DNA of 64,000 bases from Podarcis cretensis (lineage: Eukaryota): the NCBI GenBank assembly GCA_951804945.1, contig OX638154.1, positions 18,910,001 through 18,974,000 on the forward strand, read 5' to 3'. Every line of letters starts with the position of its first letter. The stretch's first letter is position 1. This document shows positions 37,404-50,664 of the stretch, piece after piece. The notes beneath the pieces are model-generated. The model saw nothing but the letters and a program-made list of their open reading frames with translations. It was not told the DNA's origin and ran no database searches. The position numbers and the translations under genes were made by a program.

Positions 37404-39530
37404 GTCTAAGTAAACCATGTCGTCCAAGAATGCCTACAGCTATCTCACTGTGACCCTCTCTACCACCTTCCTTAGGAAGGAGACGCCTGCAGTTGGTCAG
37501 TACTTAGTCCAAACAAAAGGGCCCAGGGCCAGTTTCTTTAGGAGTGACCATATCACCACCTCTTCCAAGGGGACAGGGGCCACGTTCTTATGCAGTGAAG
37601 CATTGCCCGTGCTCTAGAAACAACCAGTCAGACCCCCTCTGTTGATAAGCCAAGAGTGACAGGCATCAAGAGAGCACATGGTCAGGTGTATAGCCACAAG
37701 CCCTTTGTCCACATCATCAGGCTGCAGAAACTGATTCCACAGCACAGTCACAGACTGTGGTACTGGGTACTTCGGTTATAGCTGCAAAAACTACAAGTAA
37801 AGCTGAGAGTTTTACAGAAAAGGAAACAGAAGAAACCAAGCTGGGGAATGTAGGAAAGTCCTGATCAGTGACACCCAAAGGATAACTCTTTAGGCTCCTT
37901 TCACATAGATTTCAAATGTGGGTGAGTTTGTAGTAAGGGTGCAAAGCCTCATCCCATTGCCCAGAGAAACTTTGTGTTCAGCAAATTTGTATCCCACCTT
38001 AAACAGAGGTTGCTAAGTGGCTCACATGACAATATAATAATCTGAATAATCTGAAACAGGCAGCTGCCTATTAGCAATGCCAGAATTTTAAACCACTGCA
38101 TAAAACTGTTCTTTAAAAAATCACCCCATTTCCTTCCAAGCAGCAGTTTAGTAGTAGCCAGAAGAAAAAAATGTAACACCACATTTTAGCAACAACAGAA
38201 ACAGAATTTGCTTCTTAAATTCATAGGTCCCAATTCATATAATCCTTTAAATGTCAAAAGGTTAAATGGGGCCTGGAAGTTAATTGAATAAATAACATAA
38301 GACACATTTTTTTTTAAAAAAATGTAATAAACAATATCTGAAATATTAAGCACTAAATTCACACCTATTTCACTTTCCCCTGCCTAGCAGCTGCTGCTTC
38401 ACAACAAACAATAGGTGACAGGGTGGCCATTTTGCTCTCTCTCCCAGCAAAACAACACTGATTTCTTAAATTTATTCTAGCCTCGTCTATTTTGCCATAA
38501 ACTCACAGCAGTGCTAATATTCAGAGATGTTAAGGGAAAAGCAAATATTGACTATCTAAAATTAGGACTTGTACACTCAAGATTATAAAAGCAAAGCAGC
38601 AAGCCAGATGGAACATTGTATTTAAGCAGAAAGGTCAGTACAATTGCTGTGGGGTGTTTACTTTTTATATGAGGGTACCATATTTGAAGAAGCAGATTTG
38701 TCCCAGGCAACAAATTTGCTAGGGAAACATTTGCCGGCTGCATTCATTGATGCATCCGTGTAGAATTATCTGCCATTATCATTAGAAGCTCGTACCATAA
38801 ATCAATGAAAATATCATCAATTAAGGGCTGTGTGTGTCATTCCATAAACCAATGAAAACCTCGTCCATTGTGTATGTGTGTGGGGGGAGTGTCATTTCAC
38901 CTATCTTGATCATACACCTCCTGTGGACTTTGGGGTTAATCTAAACGTCATCTGGTTATGCTCAACATTTTTGATTCACAAGGTTTTATTAGTGCCATCC
39001 CAGGGGCTTGGTCACTAAATGAAATCTAATGTTTCTGTGGCTTTAGAATGATTCACTGGTCTCTTGAGAACTGAATCTGATTTTGCAGGCGGTGCCTGGT
39101 TGGTGTTAGATCTGTGCTTGTGACTACGTTTGTAAGGCTGTGTTCACATTCTGCAGACTAAAGTTGCAACGAGGTGGTAAATTTATTTGCAAGGTTTAAA
39201 ACACACAGAGGGAGTAGTATTTAAAAACTGAATCTTCTGCCTGTAGCCTGAAGTGGTTCCATCCAGTCTCATTTCAGGATTATATCACGTTATTGTAGGG
39301 CATGTGTCATTCAGGACAACTCCTTCCCAGAATACCACTTCTCCCTCTTCCTTCCAACTACTCCTCATGCTTTTCTGTAAAGCATGTGGGATAATCACCT
39401 CTTAGTTCCCCATCTCCAATTAAAATGCAGCAGCATTTGGTTGCCGTTCCTTTTTTTTTTACCCTTGCTTCGGCTATCTTGGGCACTGTTGAAATGTAGA
39501 ATGCAAACTCCTTGGGGGCAGAGACCTGTC

Positions 39531-39532
<2 letters not shown>

Positions 39533-39566
<34 letters not shown>
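39533..39566. repeat. (CA)n microsatellite
   Basis: Direct reading. Confidence 0.97.
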
Positions 39567-39568
<2 letters not shown>

Positions 39569-40794
39569 GTTCATGTTTACTATGTGAAACCTTGTCCATA
39601 GGTGCATTATAAAGCAATAATAATTGTCACATGCAGAAGGAGAATAAATTATGCAAAGCAAGTAAGTGCAAGCAAACGTTGCAGAATTTTCAGCACATGG
39701 GTTGCAGAATTCAGCTACAAGTAATGTCGGCACAGAGTTATGCTATTATCGCCATCATCATCCTGGGTTTAAATGTCTGCCCGATGTTTAGTCTGTTGTG
39801 TTGCTGTCTAGGTCACCTTGACTTAGCTGAATGTGTGCGGCAACACTGTAATTAACCTGTTTCAAAAGCTAACTGTTCACTTGGGATGAGCAGCTGCTGT
39901 GCTTGCCCTGGGTGGTTTGGTAGCAATGCAGCAAAACATTATTAAAATTTGGAAACCTTACATACTGGCTGACTTCAGAAACAATGGAGTACTTTGTGCC
40001 TGCGGGGAACCCCCTGTTAGGAAGGGCCGGGGTGTAAACTGCAGTCACAACGGGGGTAGTCCCAGAGGTCCTTCTGACTCATACACATCTGAGTCATCAC
40101 TCTTCTGCCTCCCCCTTCCCTCCCTTCTCCACCAATCCCAAGGGGCAATGATTATACTCCAGGCTTTCAACAATACTGAAATGACTTGCATGTTTCTTCT
40201 TTTGAATTGGTCGTTCCGGCTCATCAAACTAGACCTGTTTTCCGTACCACTCTCTAGAAAACACCCATACTGATTTCATGTTATCCAGAGTCAGCCCTGA
40301 AACCTTTTGCCAGCTTGACTCAGAGAGGATCCCCTCAGTTCCATAAATACCTTTGTGACACCTGTCAGGTGCTGCTTGCCTCCTAAGCTATCCTGCAGGG
40401 ACTGGAGAAATTGCAGGTACTTGACGTCATCCCACAGAGCAACAATTAAAGTTACAGAAGTATCAGCTAATGAGTCCATCCTGTCAAAGCCATTCCCACC
40501 CCCCAAAGCGGTGCACTGCAACACTGTCTCCCTGTGGCTCTCTTGCCTCTCCCTGCTTCAGGGCAAACTCCTGCCTCACTATTTTCTTTCTCCAAATTCT
40601 TAGAAACAGCAGAGGTGGTAGTAAAGTTGTATCTGGGCTGCACCGCTTCAGAACTGCAGGTGAATGTCTGCATGAATGCTCACGCACACAAATAATTATT
40701 TGCCCATAGAAAATTAGCGTAAATAGGGAGGCGGCCAGGCGGCCAGGCTGAACTTTTCCTCCCAGGTGCCTTTTTTAAAAAAAATAGGGAATTT

Positions 40795-41332
40795 TGTCTC
40801 GTATGGTCAGGCAATGTCCCATCTGCAGCCTGAAGTGATTCAGTGCAGAAACGAATTAATTGTTTCTGGCACAGCCTTTTTTGAAGCAAGTTTCTAATCT
40901 GGGAATAGAAACCTGTTTCTGAGAACTAGCTCCTCGTTGTCGCGGTTGAGAAGTAAGCGTGCATAACTATGGATGCTTATAGATCCACGTCTGCCAGATT
41001 CCATCTCAGATACTGAAGTTCCGCTTCACCAGATGAAGATAAATTTACTAGTGCTGTGATGCAAGCACTGACCTCATCAGAGGCGAGTCTTTTACTCTGA
41101 CGGAGCAGGAGGCGTTCTGGTTGTACTGGGGCTTCTGTGATGGGGTCCTCCAAGCCAGAGGACATCAATGTGACATCCTCAGGCCGGAGGGACACTGGTG
41201 CCACAGGCTCTTCTGACCGATGTCTTTCTGAAGTTGGCCCTTCATGCACTTCCGCTTCTGGCGCATGAGTTCTCAATCTGATGCCCTGAAGGAGGAAGAA
41301 CAGTGCTTTCTCTACCCACTATGGTCCTAACA
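40795..41332 (-). mobile_element. Probable LTR with U3 ORF, preceded by a PPT-like tract
   Basis: Minus strand: GGGAGAGGGGGT|TGTTAGG...CTATAAG (TATA-like)...TTCAAAAAAG (decayed PAS?)...GAGACA. No TSD seen. Confidence 0.55.
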
Positions 41333-43098
41333 ACCCCCTCTCCCAGCACCCATTAGGCCTAGAAGGCAATCTCCCATAGCCACTGATGGAGGCCTACCTT
41401 TCAGCTTGAACAGTCACCACAGAAAAGACAGTCTTCATTGGAACAGCGGCAGAGATGGAAAGGACTAACCCCACATATCATGCGCTGCAGTCCTGGCAAA
41501 TACCAGCCTATCCCTGTGGTAGCTATTCATAGTTTATTTTTTTTAAAATCACACAACTGTGGCACATCAGGAGACATGTTTAGCATCCCATCTCGTTTGG
41601 CCCTTAGTCTCTTGTATAAACATATAATTTCCAGAATTTGAGAATCAGCACAGCCTGACAGAAAATGCTAGACTTGGACCTAGAAGTTGCCAGCTGAAAT
41701 CATTGTTTAGCCATAGACTTATCCTAAATCCAGCACTGTGCAGTTTAATTGTGCTGTTTAATATCAATTTGTCCATTTGCCTTAACTTGAAATTTAAATT
41801 ATTTCCAACAGCACACAGTCTTACAGTTCACTGTTCAATGCCTGATGCCTGCTACCTTAAAGCATGGTTGCATTTTATGGTTTTTTCCCTTCCATTGTTA
41901 AGCAACCTACATATGCAATCATGCATTACTTATACGTTGAATATTTCGTCTGGTTGGGCTTTACCTTGTGATCACTGGACACTGCACAACTGTAAAAACC
42001 AAAGGAAACAGAAAGCCAAGCAAACCAGGACTGGTTTTGCAGTTTTATTTTTTTGCCTTTGGACAGTCATTTGACATATGCAAAATGGGAAATAATTGAC
42101 CAGGTGGCAGTATCGTTGAGAAGGAACAAAGGCTTTGAATGAGCCACACACTAAGAAGATGAATTGTTTTTTAAAAGTCAAATGGTTTTCTTGGGAGCAT
42201 AAGTAGAATTGGGTAGGTAGGAGGTGATTTTCCATTCCGTTTAGCACTAAGCCAGCTCTTTGCATGAATGTACCTGGGTGCAATCCAGGGAAGTTTAAGC
42301 ATGTTTTAAGTGCCAGTGAAATAGCTGTGTAAGTTGTGAAGACTGCACCTAATATGCTGACGAAGTAGAGAGGAAGGAAAGAACCTGGTGTAGGGTCTTA
42401 AGAGTAACAAGGAAAGGGCTGGAGGAACTAGGAAAGTTTTAGCTCAAGGAAAAGACCAGAGCGTGTGGGAACATAATAGCAATTTGAATATTTGTAAAAG
42501 GGCTGCTCAAAGCAGGATGCTGATCGTGGGTTTTCTTTCTTTCTTTCTTTCTTTCTTTGACACTCCGCTGAGAGTGGACCAAGATATGAATAACTGAAAA
42601 ACTGGTGGGAAAGTCTGTGACTTGGGTAGCAGATCCTCCAGGAAACACTTGTTACTAGAAGCCTTTGAAAAAGCTTGGCAGAAGCAGCGAAACTCCAGCA
42701 AGCACATTTTTGTTGTTATTAATCTCTACTGTTGTTATGGAAATGCTTAGGGTGGCCATTAAACATATTTGCAATCATTTATTTATGAAAACTTTGCTAC
42801 CACTCCAAGTAGTCAAAGGTTTATATTTTCACAGCTGACCCAAAGCCTCGGCCAGTGTTGGTGAGTTGGTAGGGTGGCCAGCCTTATGTATGTTTGTCCG
42901 TTGTATTTTGTGGGGCTTACTTTCAGGTAAATGAGCATAGGACTGCAACCTGAATCTTGACGTGCTGCAGCATTTGAATTCTACCTTTGCCAGGAAGTCA
43001 CTAGGCAAGCTGCTATACTCTCAGGCTTAGCCTTCCACCTGTAATGTAGGGAGATCTCGTTTTGCAAAGAATGACAGCAAGAGAATGCATACAAAGTA

Positions 43099-43324
43099 CA
43101 GTGGTACCTCGGGTTAAGAACTTAATTCGTTCCGGAGGTCTGTTCTTAACCTGAAACTGTTCTTAACCTGAAACACCGCTTTAGCTAATGGGGCCTCCTG
43201 TTGCTGCTGCGCCGCAGGAGCACGATTTCTGTTCTCATCCTGAAGCTAAGTTCTTAACCCGAGGTACTGTTTCTGGGTTAGTGGAGTCTGTAACCTGAAG
43301 CGTATGTAACCCGAGGTACCACTG
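43099..43324 (-). mobile_element. Tigger/TcMar-type MITE
   Basis: TA-cagtggtacctcgggtta...taacccgaggtaccactg-TA. Confidence 0.92.
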
Positions 43325-43406
43325 TACTTTGGACATGTTATGGTGCTGTAGTGGTGAGGAAGAGCATGACCCCCTTTTTTCATGCTTGACTTAATATTTC
43401 TTTCAG

Positions 43407-43462
43407 ATGGGCAACAGATTTGGGAGATGGAAGCCACCGTGGACAAAGATAAGAGCCAACCT
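43407..43462 (+). CDS. NFATC2: NFATC2 coding exon (DGQQIWEMEATVDKDKSQP)
   Basis: Acceptor tttctttcag, donor gtaagt. 56 nt, phase 1 to 0. Confidence 0.96.
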
Positions 43463-44389
43463 GTAAGTAGTGGGCACTCAGCACATTCTCCCACTTCTCT
43501 TTCAGGTACCAGGTTTCATTCTGTAGCAGCACAAATGCCTCTGAACACACAAAGGCTGCAATCCAGTTTGGAACTGGGTGCATGCTTGCACACATTGGTA
43601 TCAGTGGGGTAATTTTGTTTACTCATTAGAGTACTTGCACAGGCTGCCTTTTAACAAATGGTTCTCAAAGTGGTTAACAAAAACATGTTTCGATAAAGCT
43701 TAGGCACTCTGTTTTGGATTGTAGCCTAAGCGCACATGTTGTGTCCTTAGTGTGTTTCCTCATGGTAGGGTTCGCTATTAAGCATATTCGCGAAACACTG
43801 GTCAGACTCATATAGGCTGTGATCTAGCAAAACAGAGATGTGTGCAGTTTCCCCACTGCTGGCCACATAAATCCAGCACCTCTCTACTGTGTTATCCAAA
43901 CATTCTTGCCCAGTAACTAGTAATGGAACTTCACATTCTCCTGGGTTTCTGCAGTGTTGTCTCCTGATAACTCTTCCATACTTCTAGGTAGCTAGAATCC
44001 CTAAGCAAGAGTTAGAGGTCAGTGAGAATTTACCCAAGAGTAGGTGCCGTCTGCATGAAAACAGAACTTCCCAAGGGTAGAACTTATTTGCCACCAGCAC
44101 GTAAAGGAAAAAATGTCAGGCAAAATATACAAGGCAAGTTAATAGAAACAGGGGAATCTGGATAATTTGTCAGGGCAGGATGGTTGTCTTAAGGTTAGAT
44201 TATGGATACTGTAAGGAAGGAAGCGTGCTTCAGATTTTCTGCAAGATCGACTACATCGTAACTGGAAAAGCAATACTCCTAGTACACCCCATGACAAATG
44301 TATTAGCAAAGGGTACTGATATAAACAAAGTGCCTTCTAATATCATATTACTGTCTCTTCCCCACACCCATTTTAAAAATTCCTTTCAG

Positions 44390-44516
44390 AATATGCTTTT
44401 CGTGGAGATACCAGAATATCGGAATAAGCACATTCGTTCTCCCATCAAGGTGAATTTCTATGTGATCAATGGAAAACGGAAAAAAAGCCAGCCACAACAT
44501 TTTACCTATCACCCAG
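44390..44516 (+). CDS. NFATC2: NFATC2 coding exon (NMLFVEIPEYRNKHIRSPIKVNFYVINGKRKKSQPQHFTYHP), includes the KRKK NLS
   Basis: Acceptor tcctttcag, donor gtaatt. 127 nt, phase 0 to 1. Confidence 0.97.
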
Positions 44517-44569
44517 GTAATTATTTATGAAAAGGAATGGACTATGGCACAATATTTGGCAAGAAACAC

Positions 44570-44894
44570 NNNNNNNNNNNNNNNNNNNNNNNNNNNNNNN
44601 NNNNNNNNNNNNNNNNNNNNNNNNNNNNNNNNNNNNNNNNNNNNNNNNNNNNNNNNNNNNNNNNNNNNNNNNNNNNNNNNNNNNNNNNNNNNNNNNNNNN
44701 NNNNNNNNNNNNNNNNNNNNNNNNNNNNNNNNNNNNNNNNNNNNNNNNNNNNNNNNNNNNNNNNNNNNNNNNNNNNNNNNNNNNNNNNNNNNNNNNNNNN
44801 NNNNNNNNNNNNNNNNNNNNNNNNNNNNNNNNNNNNNNNNNNNNNNNNNNNNNNNNNNNNNNNNNNNNNNNNNNNNNNNNNNNNNNNNNNNNNN
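44570..44894. other. Assembly gap (325 N)
   Basis: Run of N. Confidence 1.
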
Positions 44895-46004
44895 TATAAA
44901 GCATTCTGAGATGCTATCTTTTAGCCAGCATTACAGTTAACACAGCTCAAACCATCTCTGAATCAATGAATTCTAAATGCAACATCCAAGGTTACAAATA
45001 AAGCTGTACAATAAATCCCTACAGCTTATTTATTCACACCTACATGGTTCTAAATTTGCACATTTTAACACAGCAGTTTTCATGGCCAGCACCAATTTAT
45101 TTAGAAACATGCATATCACTTTATTTTATTATTTCAAAAGTTTGTATGACACTTAATCATGGTTATCTTTAAGTAGCGTACAGAAGAAGAGATTCAGAAT
45201 TAAATCTATTTTGTTGAATGCTGCCCTGTATCTCACACAAGGGAACTTTTCCTCTTCTTCTCCCCCTGCACATGCCCCCACATCTGTCCCCGAACCTGCT
45301 CTGGAAGGTTGGGGGAACCTCAGAACAGATTTAGGGCGCATGTGGGGGGACAAAAGAGGGAAAACATTCTGTTGCCCAGGAAGAATTTTTCAGAATTCCA
45401 CTTTTTCTAGGCTCGGTATATAAATGGCCATGCTGCGGAAGTGAAATATAACAAATTGTCCAATTTTACAGCTAGGGAACTGTCACTAAGATGGTGGCTT
45501 GTCCAAGGCCACTCAGTGAATTTCTGGCTGGCCAGGTTCAATGCAGTCTCCATCAGGCTACACTGTGGGGCTCAGGTCTGTGCAGTATTTGGAATGAACT
45601 AGTGTGATTTAATAAAGTTCACCAGATTAGTTCACCAGATAAGTCTCTGAACTACACCATAAAGTAGTTCCTACAATTGTCAGGGGAACTTAACATGAAT
45701 TAAGTCCATTTTGCCATGGAACGTTGAGCAATTTCTAGTTCAGGTTCATTCTCCTACCTGTGTTTTTGACTCTTTGTCTCTTTGTGTCTTTAAGCTTCAA
45801 AATTGTAATTGTTGGGAGGAATAAATTAAGCAATTCACATTCTACAGTTTTGACGTTTTCTTAGCCTACTTAAATATATTGTATACTTCTGCACAGCAAC
45901 TTGTAACATTCAGAATACTGAATATTTTCTGCCAAGGATCCTTTGGTGAACTTGAATTGAACTGTGAATTGTATAAAGAGACAAATGTGAACTGGAAATG
46001 TTGG

Positions 46005-46158
46005 ATGCTGGGATAGCTCAGCCAGGGGAGCATGAGAATCTTAATCTGAGGGTTGTGGGTTTGAGCCCCATGTTGGGCAAAGGATTCCTGCATTCCAGGG
46101 GCTTGGACTAAAGGACCCTTGTTGATGTCCTCTAATGCTACAATTCTATTATTCTATG
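46005..46158 (+). mobile_element. tRNA-Lys-headed short SINE with CR1 3' tail
   Basis: gatagctcag..gagcatgagaatcttaatctgagggttgtgggtttgagccccatgttggg resembles tRNA-Lys(CTT); ends attctattattctatg. Confidence 0.75.
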
Positions 46159-46416
46159 AACCTGCGAGTCCATGAAATATATACACTTCCTTTTTAAAAT
46201 GAACTTTCCAAGCTATGGGTCTGTGATGGCCCATTCACACATTCAAGCCATTGCTTGGTGTTGCAGCAGACAAGTGCTAACACGAATATGTGAACCAGAG
46301 CTAAGACTGGGAGAAAATGTGCAGTGTGTCGGTTGTTAGTGCTCATTCTTTTCTCTCCTCTTAACCGTTTCCTAGATGTTTGTTTAGAGTTATGTCCTTT
46401 GTGCCCTTTGTTCCAG

Positions 46417-47100
46417 TGCCTTCCATAAAAACAGAGCCCATTGATGACTATGATCCAGCTTTAATCTGCAACACAGTACACAGTGGTCTAGGAACAGTAA
46501 CACAGCCTTATTATTCCCACCATACAATGGTCTCTGAGTCTCCTTCCTGTCTTGTGGCCACGATGGCTTCTTGCCAGCAGTTGCGTTCCAGCCTGTCTTC
46601 TCCTGAATCTCGATATCCTCAACAAACCCCAGGGGCTGTAATATACCAAAGAAGCAAGAGTCTCAGTCCTAGCCACCTGGGCTACCAGCAATCCAGCTTG
46701 ATGGCTGCACAAGTTTCCATTCCAGATGTGCACAGGTCTGTGCTGGTGCACACAGGCTCTCCCAGCCAAACTGCAGCAGTGCTCCACCATTCTCCAGCCA
46801 ATCAGCAGTCTTCCCCCGTGATTCACTGCTCTCCCACCACCAATCAGCAGCTGAGGTGCGAAAGCCATCAAGAATTCCAGCACATCATGTGTAGTGAAAA
46901 TTTCACATCTAGCGGAGTGAGATCCAGCCAACCTCAGGTCAGCCAAGCACAAAGGTTAAGCCCAATTTCGTACCCTACCGTGATTCAGCAGCAGAGAACA
47001 GCCAAAAATGGACCGCCAGTAAGTGATCAGAAGGAAGCAGTGCCAGCTGGAGTCACGGTTAAACAGGAACAGAATCTTGACCAAGCGTATTTGGATGATG
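46417..47100 (+). CDS. NFATC2: NFATC2 large penultimate coding exon (VPSIKTEP...VTVKQEQNLDQAYLDD), C-terminal region with SUMO-consensus IKTE and VKQE
   Basis: Acceptor tttgttccag, donor gtaagc. 684 nt, phase 1-1. Ends in the NFAT-typical YLDD exon boundary. Confidence 0.96.
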
Positions 47101-47203
47101 GTAAGCACGCTAATTTAAAAATACCCTGTTTATCCAATCTGCACCTCTGTATGAAAGTGGTGTGATTACCATTTTTGTAGCGTTCAACTCTATGGTTTGG
47201 AAA

Positions 47204-47229
47204 GTGTGTGTGTGTGTGTGTGTGTGTGT
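47204..47229. repeat. (GT)n microsatellite
   Basis: Direct reading. Confidence 0.97.
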
Positions 47230-49457
47230 TTCAATACAAAATCTTTCATTTATTGAATTTTAAAAGCTGGCAGTGTTCTTTAAGGTCTGGAAATTTGTTT
47301 AATTCTCTCTAGAAAACATTTGCATTAGCATCAGATGCTTTAAATTTATGAGGCATATTTTTTGCAGTTTCACAAACAAAAATTTGAGTTGGAATTCAGA
47401 AATCTACACTTAACACCTGAATTCGTGCAGATGCTGCTTCTCTAAAATTCCTTTGTAGTGTGCTGCACCCAAAGTGTTTTATATCATTCTATGAAGTTTG
47501 CAGCAGGCCTGCAGGTTTTATGTTCTGGACATTTTATAGAGGGACCTGAGTATGTAGATTACCGAAAATGGTGCTTTCTTCTTGTGAATTCAGAGGTTTC
47601 TGCTTTTGCAACCGATAAGAAAAGCTGTAGCAAGTTTTGGTTTGACTGCATCCCATGTTGTTTGCTTCATCAATAGGTCAATTAATTGTTTTAAGGTTCA
47701 ACTCTTTCCTGTCATGTTGTACAAAGCTGGGATGGGGAAAATTGCTTAGGATTCCACCCCTGTTCATTTCCATTTCAGAACTCCTGGCTATTTTGCAAGA
47801 CAACAGCCAGGCTCTTGATTTAAAATATACTAGTGTCTTTCATTATAATGGGAGCACCTCACTATGGCATCCACATTTAAATAGAGACGATTCACCCAGT
47901 GTGATGGGTAGAAAACAAGACTTTGCCTTCTGCCACACAACAGTGTTCACAACTCAGTGTTTTACTTTCTCCAATATCAATGAATGACATTGAAAACCAT
48001 TCGTTTATGCAAGAGGAAGCAGTGATGTGAGGAGCAACCTCATTGGACTAAACATGCCCCATATCTCGCAAACTGTTAAATTCCATAGAATTTAATGAGA
48101 GCTATTCAAGACCCAACTCACTGCTCCCAGTTTTAAAATTCACACCTTAGCAGGTATTTCCCAAATAACTTGGAAATTTCGTTGCTGTTGTTTTTGATTT
48201 TCCTTCCTATGTGAGCTTCTGCTGTCAGGCTGGTGAACCCGGGGCCCTCTGGATGTTGTAGAACTACAACTCCCATCAGCCCTAGGTAGCGTGGTCATTT
48301 ATCAGTCTCGTTCTAGTGGCTAGGAACTGGGTGAGGTAACTTGCTACTGTACCATACATAGGGGCCTGTGACTATTTCACTGAAAAGAAGAGGGACACTC
48401 ATAGCTCAAAGCCATTCAGGAGGCTTGGCACTTCTGAACATTTTAGGGTTTATCCACACTTCGGTTTTCCTAGGCATGAGACAAGCAGAAGTGTGGACTA
48501 GCCCTTACTTCGGTTGCTGTGAACAGAGTCGGATTTAGGGGAGGGTGACTGGTTCACCTGCACTGGGGGCACCAGAACAATGATGAACAACGGAGGTGGG
48601 GAACCACCAAATTTTGGCAATGCACAGGGTTCCACTGGAATTTTAAAGCTCAAAGTCTGCCACTCCTGAGGGTACAACTGCATATAGTTTGGGATACTGG
48701 CAGTTGTGTTAGTATGAAATGGTTTTCCTCCCATAGGGAAAAGGAAAAGCACAACTAATGAAACACATACCAGAGATACCGACTAGGGAGTGAAGTACCA
48801 ATAGCCGTCCTATCTAATCTTTCCAATGAAAAATTAGCACTGCAAGCCGTAATCCTATTTATTTTTTCTGAGCTGCTGTCCACTCTTTCCCCCTCTCATC
48901 CCTACAATGAACTTTGGGTCTTCCTCTTACTTTGTTCTGTGTCCAGTTTTCTAACAGCCAGGATTCCTTTCGTATCTCATTCTCCTTGAGACATTTTTCA
49001 TTTGCTTGTTTTGTTTTTTCCACCACCCCCTCTCCTTGAAGCGCTGTCCCTCATTGTGCTGCTACAATTTTGAATTTATTTAAATTCATTTATTAAAATA
49101 ATGCATAGGCTGCATTGCACCCAAGGATCCTGATTCAGCTTACAGAAGGTAAGCTGTCCACCTAATCCTGCATTTGATTTAGTCCAGGGCCATTAATTGC
49201 ACAAAGTAACTTAAGGATTCAGTATGTTGGTTGAGCTGCAACAGTGCATGACCCCTGTTCTTTCCTCCTGGGTTCTCCATTTTTTCTGCAAGTTGTCCTT
49301 GCATTGCATATTGTTACTTCTCCTTTTTTATTCTTAGAAAGTGGAAATGAAGTTGCTCAAAGCTGGCTCTTGGAAGGCAATCAAAGCACTCAGGGTGAAC
49401 TGAAGGTTGTTCTAGGACTGTAAAGGCCACTATAGGCTTCATTCATAGACACTAGAC

Positions 49458-49592
49458 CAGCCTTTCTCAACTTTGGGTCTCCAGATGTTGTTGCACTACA
49501 ACCCCCATCATCCCTGACCACTGGTCCTGCTAGTTAGGGATGATGGGGGTTGTAGCCAACAACATCTGGGGACCCCAAGTTGAGAAAGGCTG
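49458..49592. mobile_element. Fold-back hAT MITE
   Basis: cagcctttctcaactt / aagttgagaaaggctg; TSD-like CACTAGAC/CTCTAGGC. Confidence 0.85.
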
Positions 49593-50664
49593 CTCTAGGC
49601 TGACTTCCCCCATGTCGTTTAATAGCAACTACTTTGGGGTAGGCAAGGCTGTGCTCCACTTGGGAGGTCAAGGCAAAAATCTTGGCTTGGCACCCCAAAG
49701 GCTTGTATGCTTCATTTCCCCCACCCAACCATCCTCTGTTGTGCCTGGATTCCGTCTTTGGTTTGACTCGTCAAGAATTCCCTCCAAACCGTTTGCACAC
49801 TTGCTTCATACCATGACTTGGATCCTTGATTGGCATAGTTTGCCTGATTTGAACATGCTACTTTGCCTAATGTCTACTTCACAGAAAACTATGATTTAAG
49901 GAACCAGGAAAATGAGGTGGGAATCCAAATATGAGAGAAGGGAGAGTCAAGGCCGTGGCTTGTCCATGGTTTGTCCATGGTGTCTGAATGGGGTTATGTG
50001 GAAAGTGTCCCCTTAAGGTAGAAATTTTGAAAACTACCAGAAAGTGAGATGAGGTTATTCATCATGAATGGTGTTTATTTCAAGCCACCTTCAACTTAGG
50101 GGATGGAGGATGGGACACACCTCTCATCTGTCTCCAGACAAAATCATCAGCTACGCCACATCCTTGCCATGAATTAGGAAAACATACCTAAAGTGATGTA
50201 GAAAGTCTCTTGCATTTTCTAATTTCCCATTGCCTGGAAAACATCCATTCATACTTTCACTGTGATATTTTAATGTAGCTACTCTTTTCTGCCTCAGACG
50301 CACTGAGCTTTGATGAAAGGACAGGAAATGCAAAGTTTTTCTTCTGCTTTCCCTCGAGCTTTTAGGGTGAGCAAGTTTGTATGTTTTTGAGGCCTGTGGT
50401 TTGATTAGAGAAATGATAAGTTATAATTAGAACAACTTTTGTAGCAGGCATGACCATTTTTCTTGCAATTCATCCTGGGGTGTAGAGGATTTCTTTGAAT
50501 AATTTTGCATGTAGCTGAACTACAAGATTGGGTACCAGCTGTATGTTATCTCTATTGATTTCTATGGGGTCTTGTGAACATATGCATGTGTGTATGAAAT
50601 ATATGAAATGTTCTATACAGTGTCAGGCCATTGGTCTTTCTAGCCCAGTATTATCTGCTTAGTC

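Noticed and set aside
44469-44940. Long ORFs made mostly of X
   Set aside because: Artefact of the N gap.
46005-46080. tRNA-Lys-like sequence (also tRNA-Ala-like at about 35200-35280 and 55945-56015)
   Set aside because: The cloverleaf is degenerate and attached to a LINE-derived tail, so these are SINE heads, not tRNA genes.
46374-46416. Extra AG acceptors upstream of the large exon
   Set aside because: Two would shift the frame (41 and 29 nt). The in-frame one (27 nt) is weak, and the canonical site restores the expected HPVPSIKTE junction.
46488-46952. 154-aa antisense ORF
   Set aside because: Shadow of the NFATC2 exon on the opposite strand.
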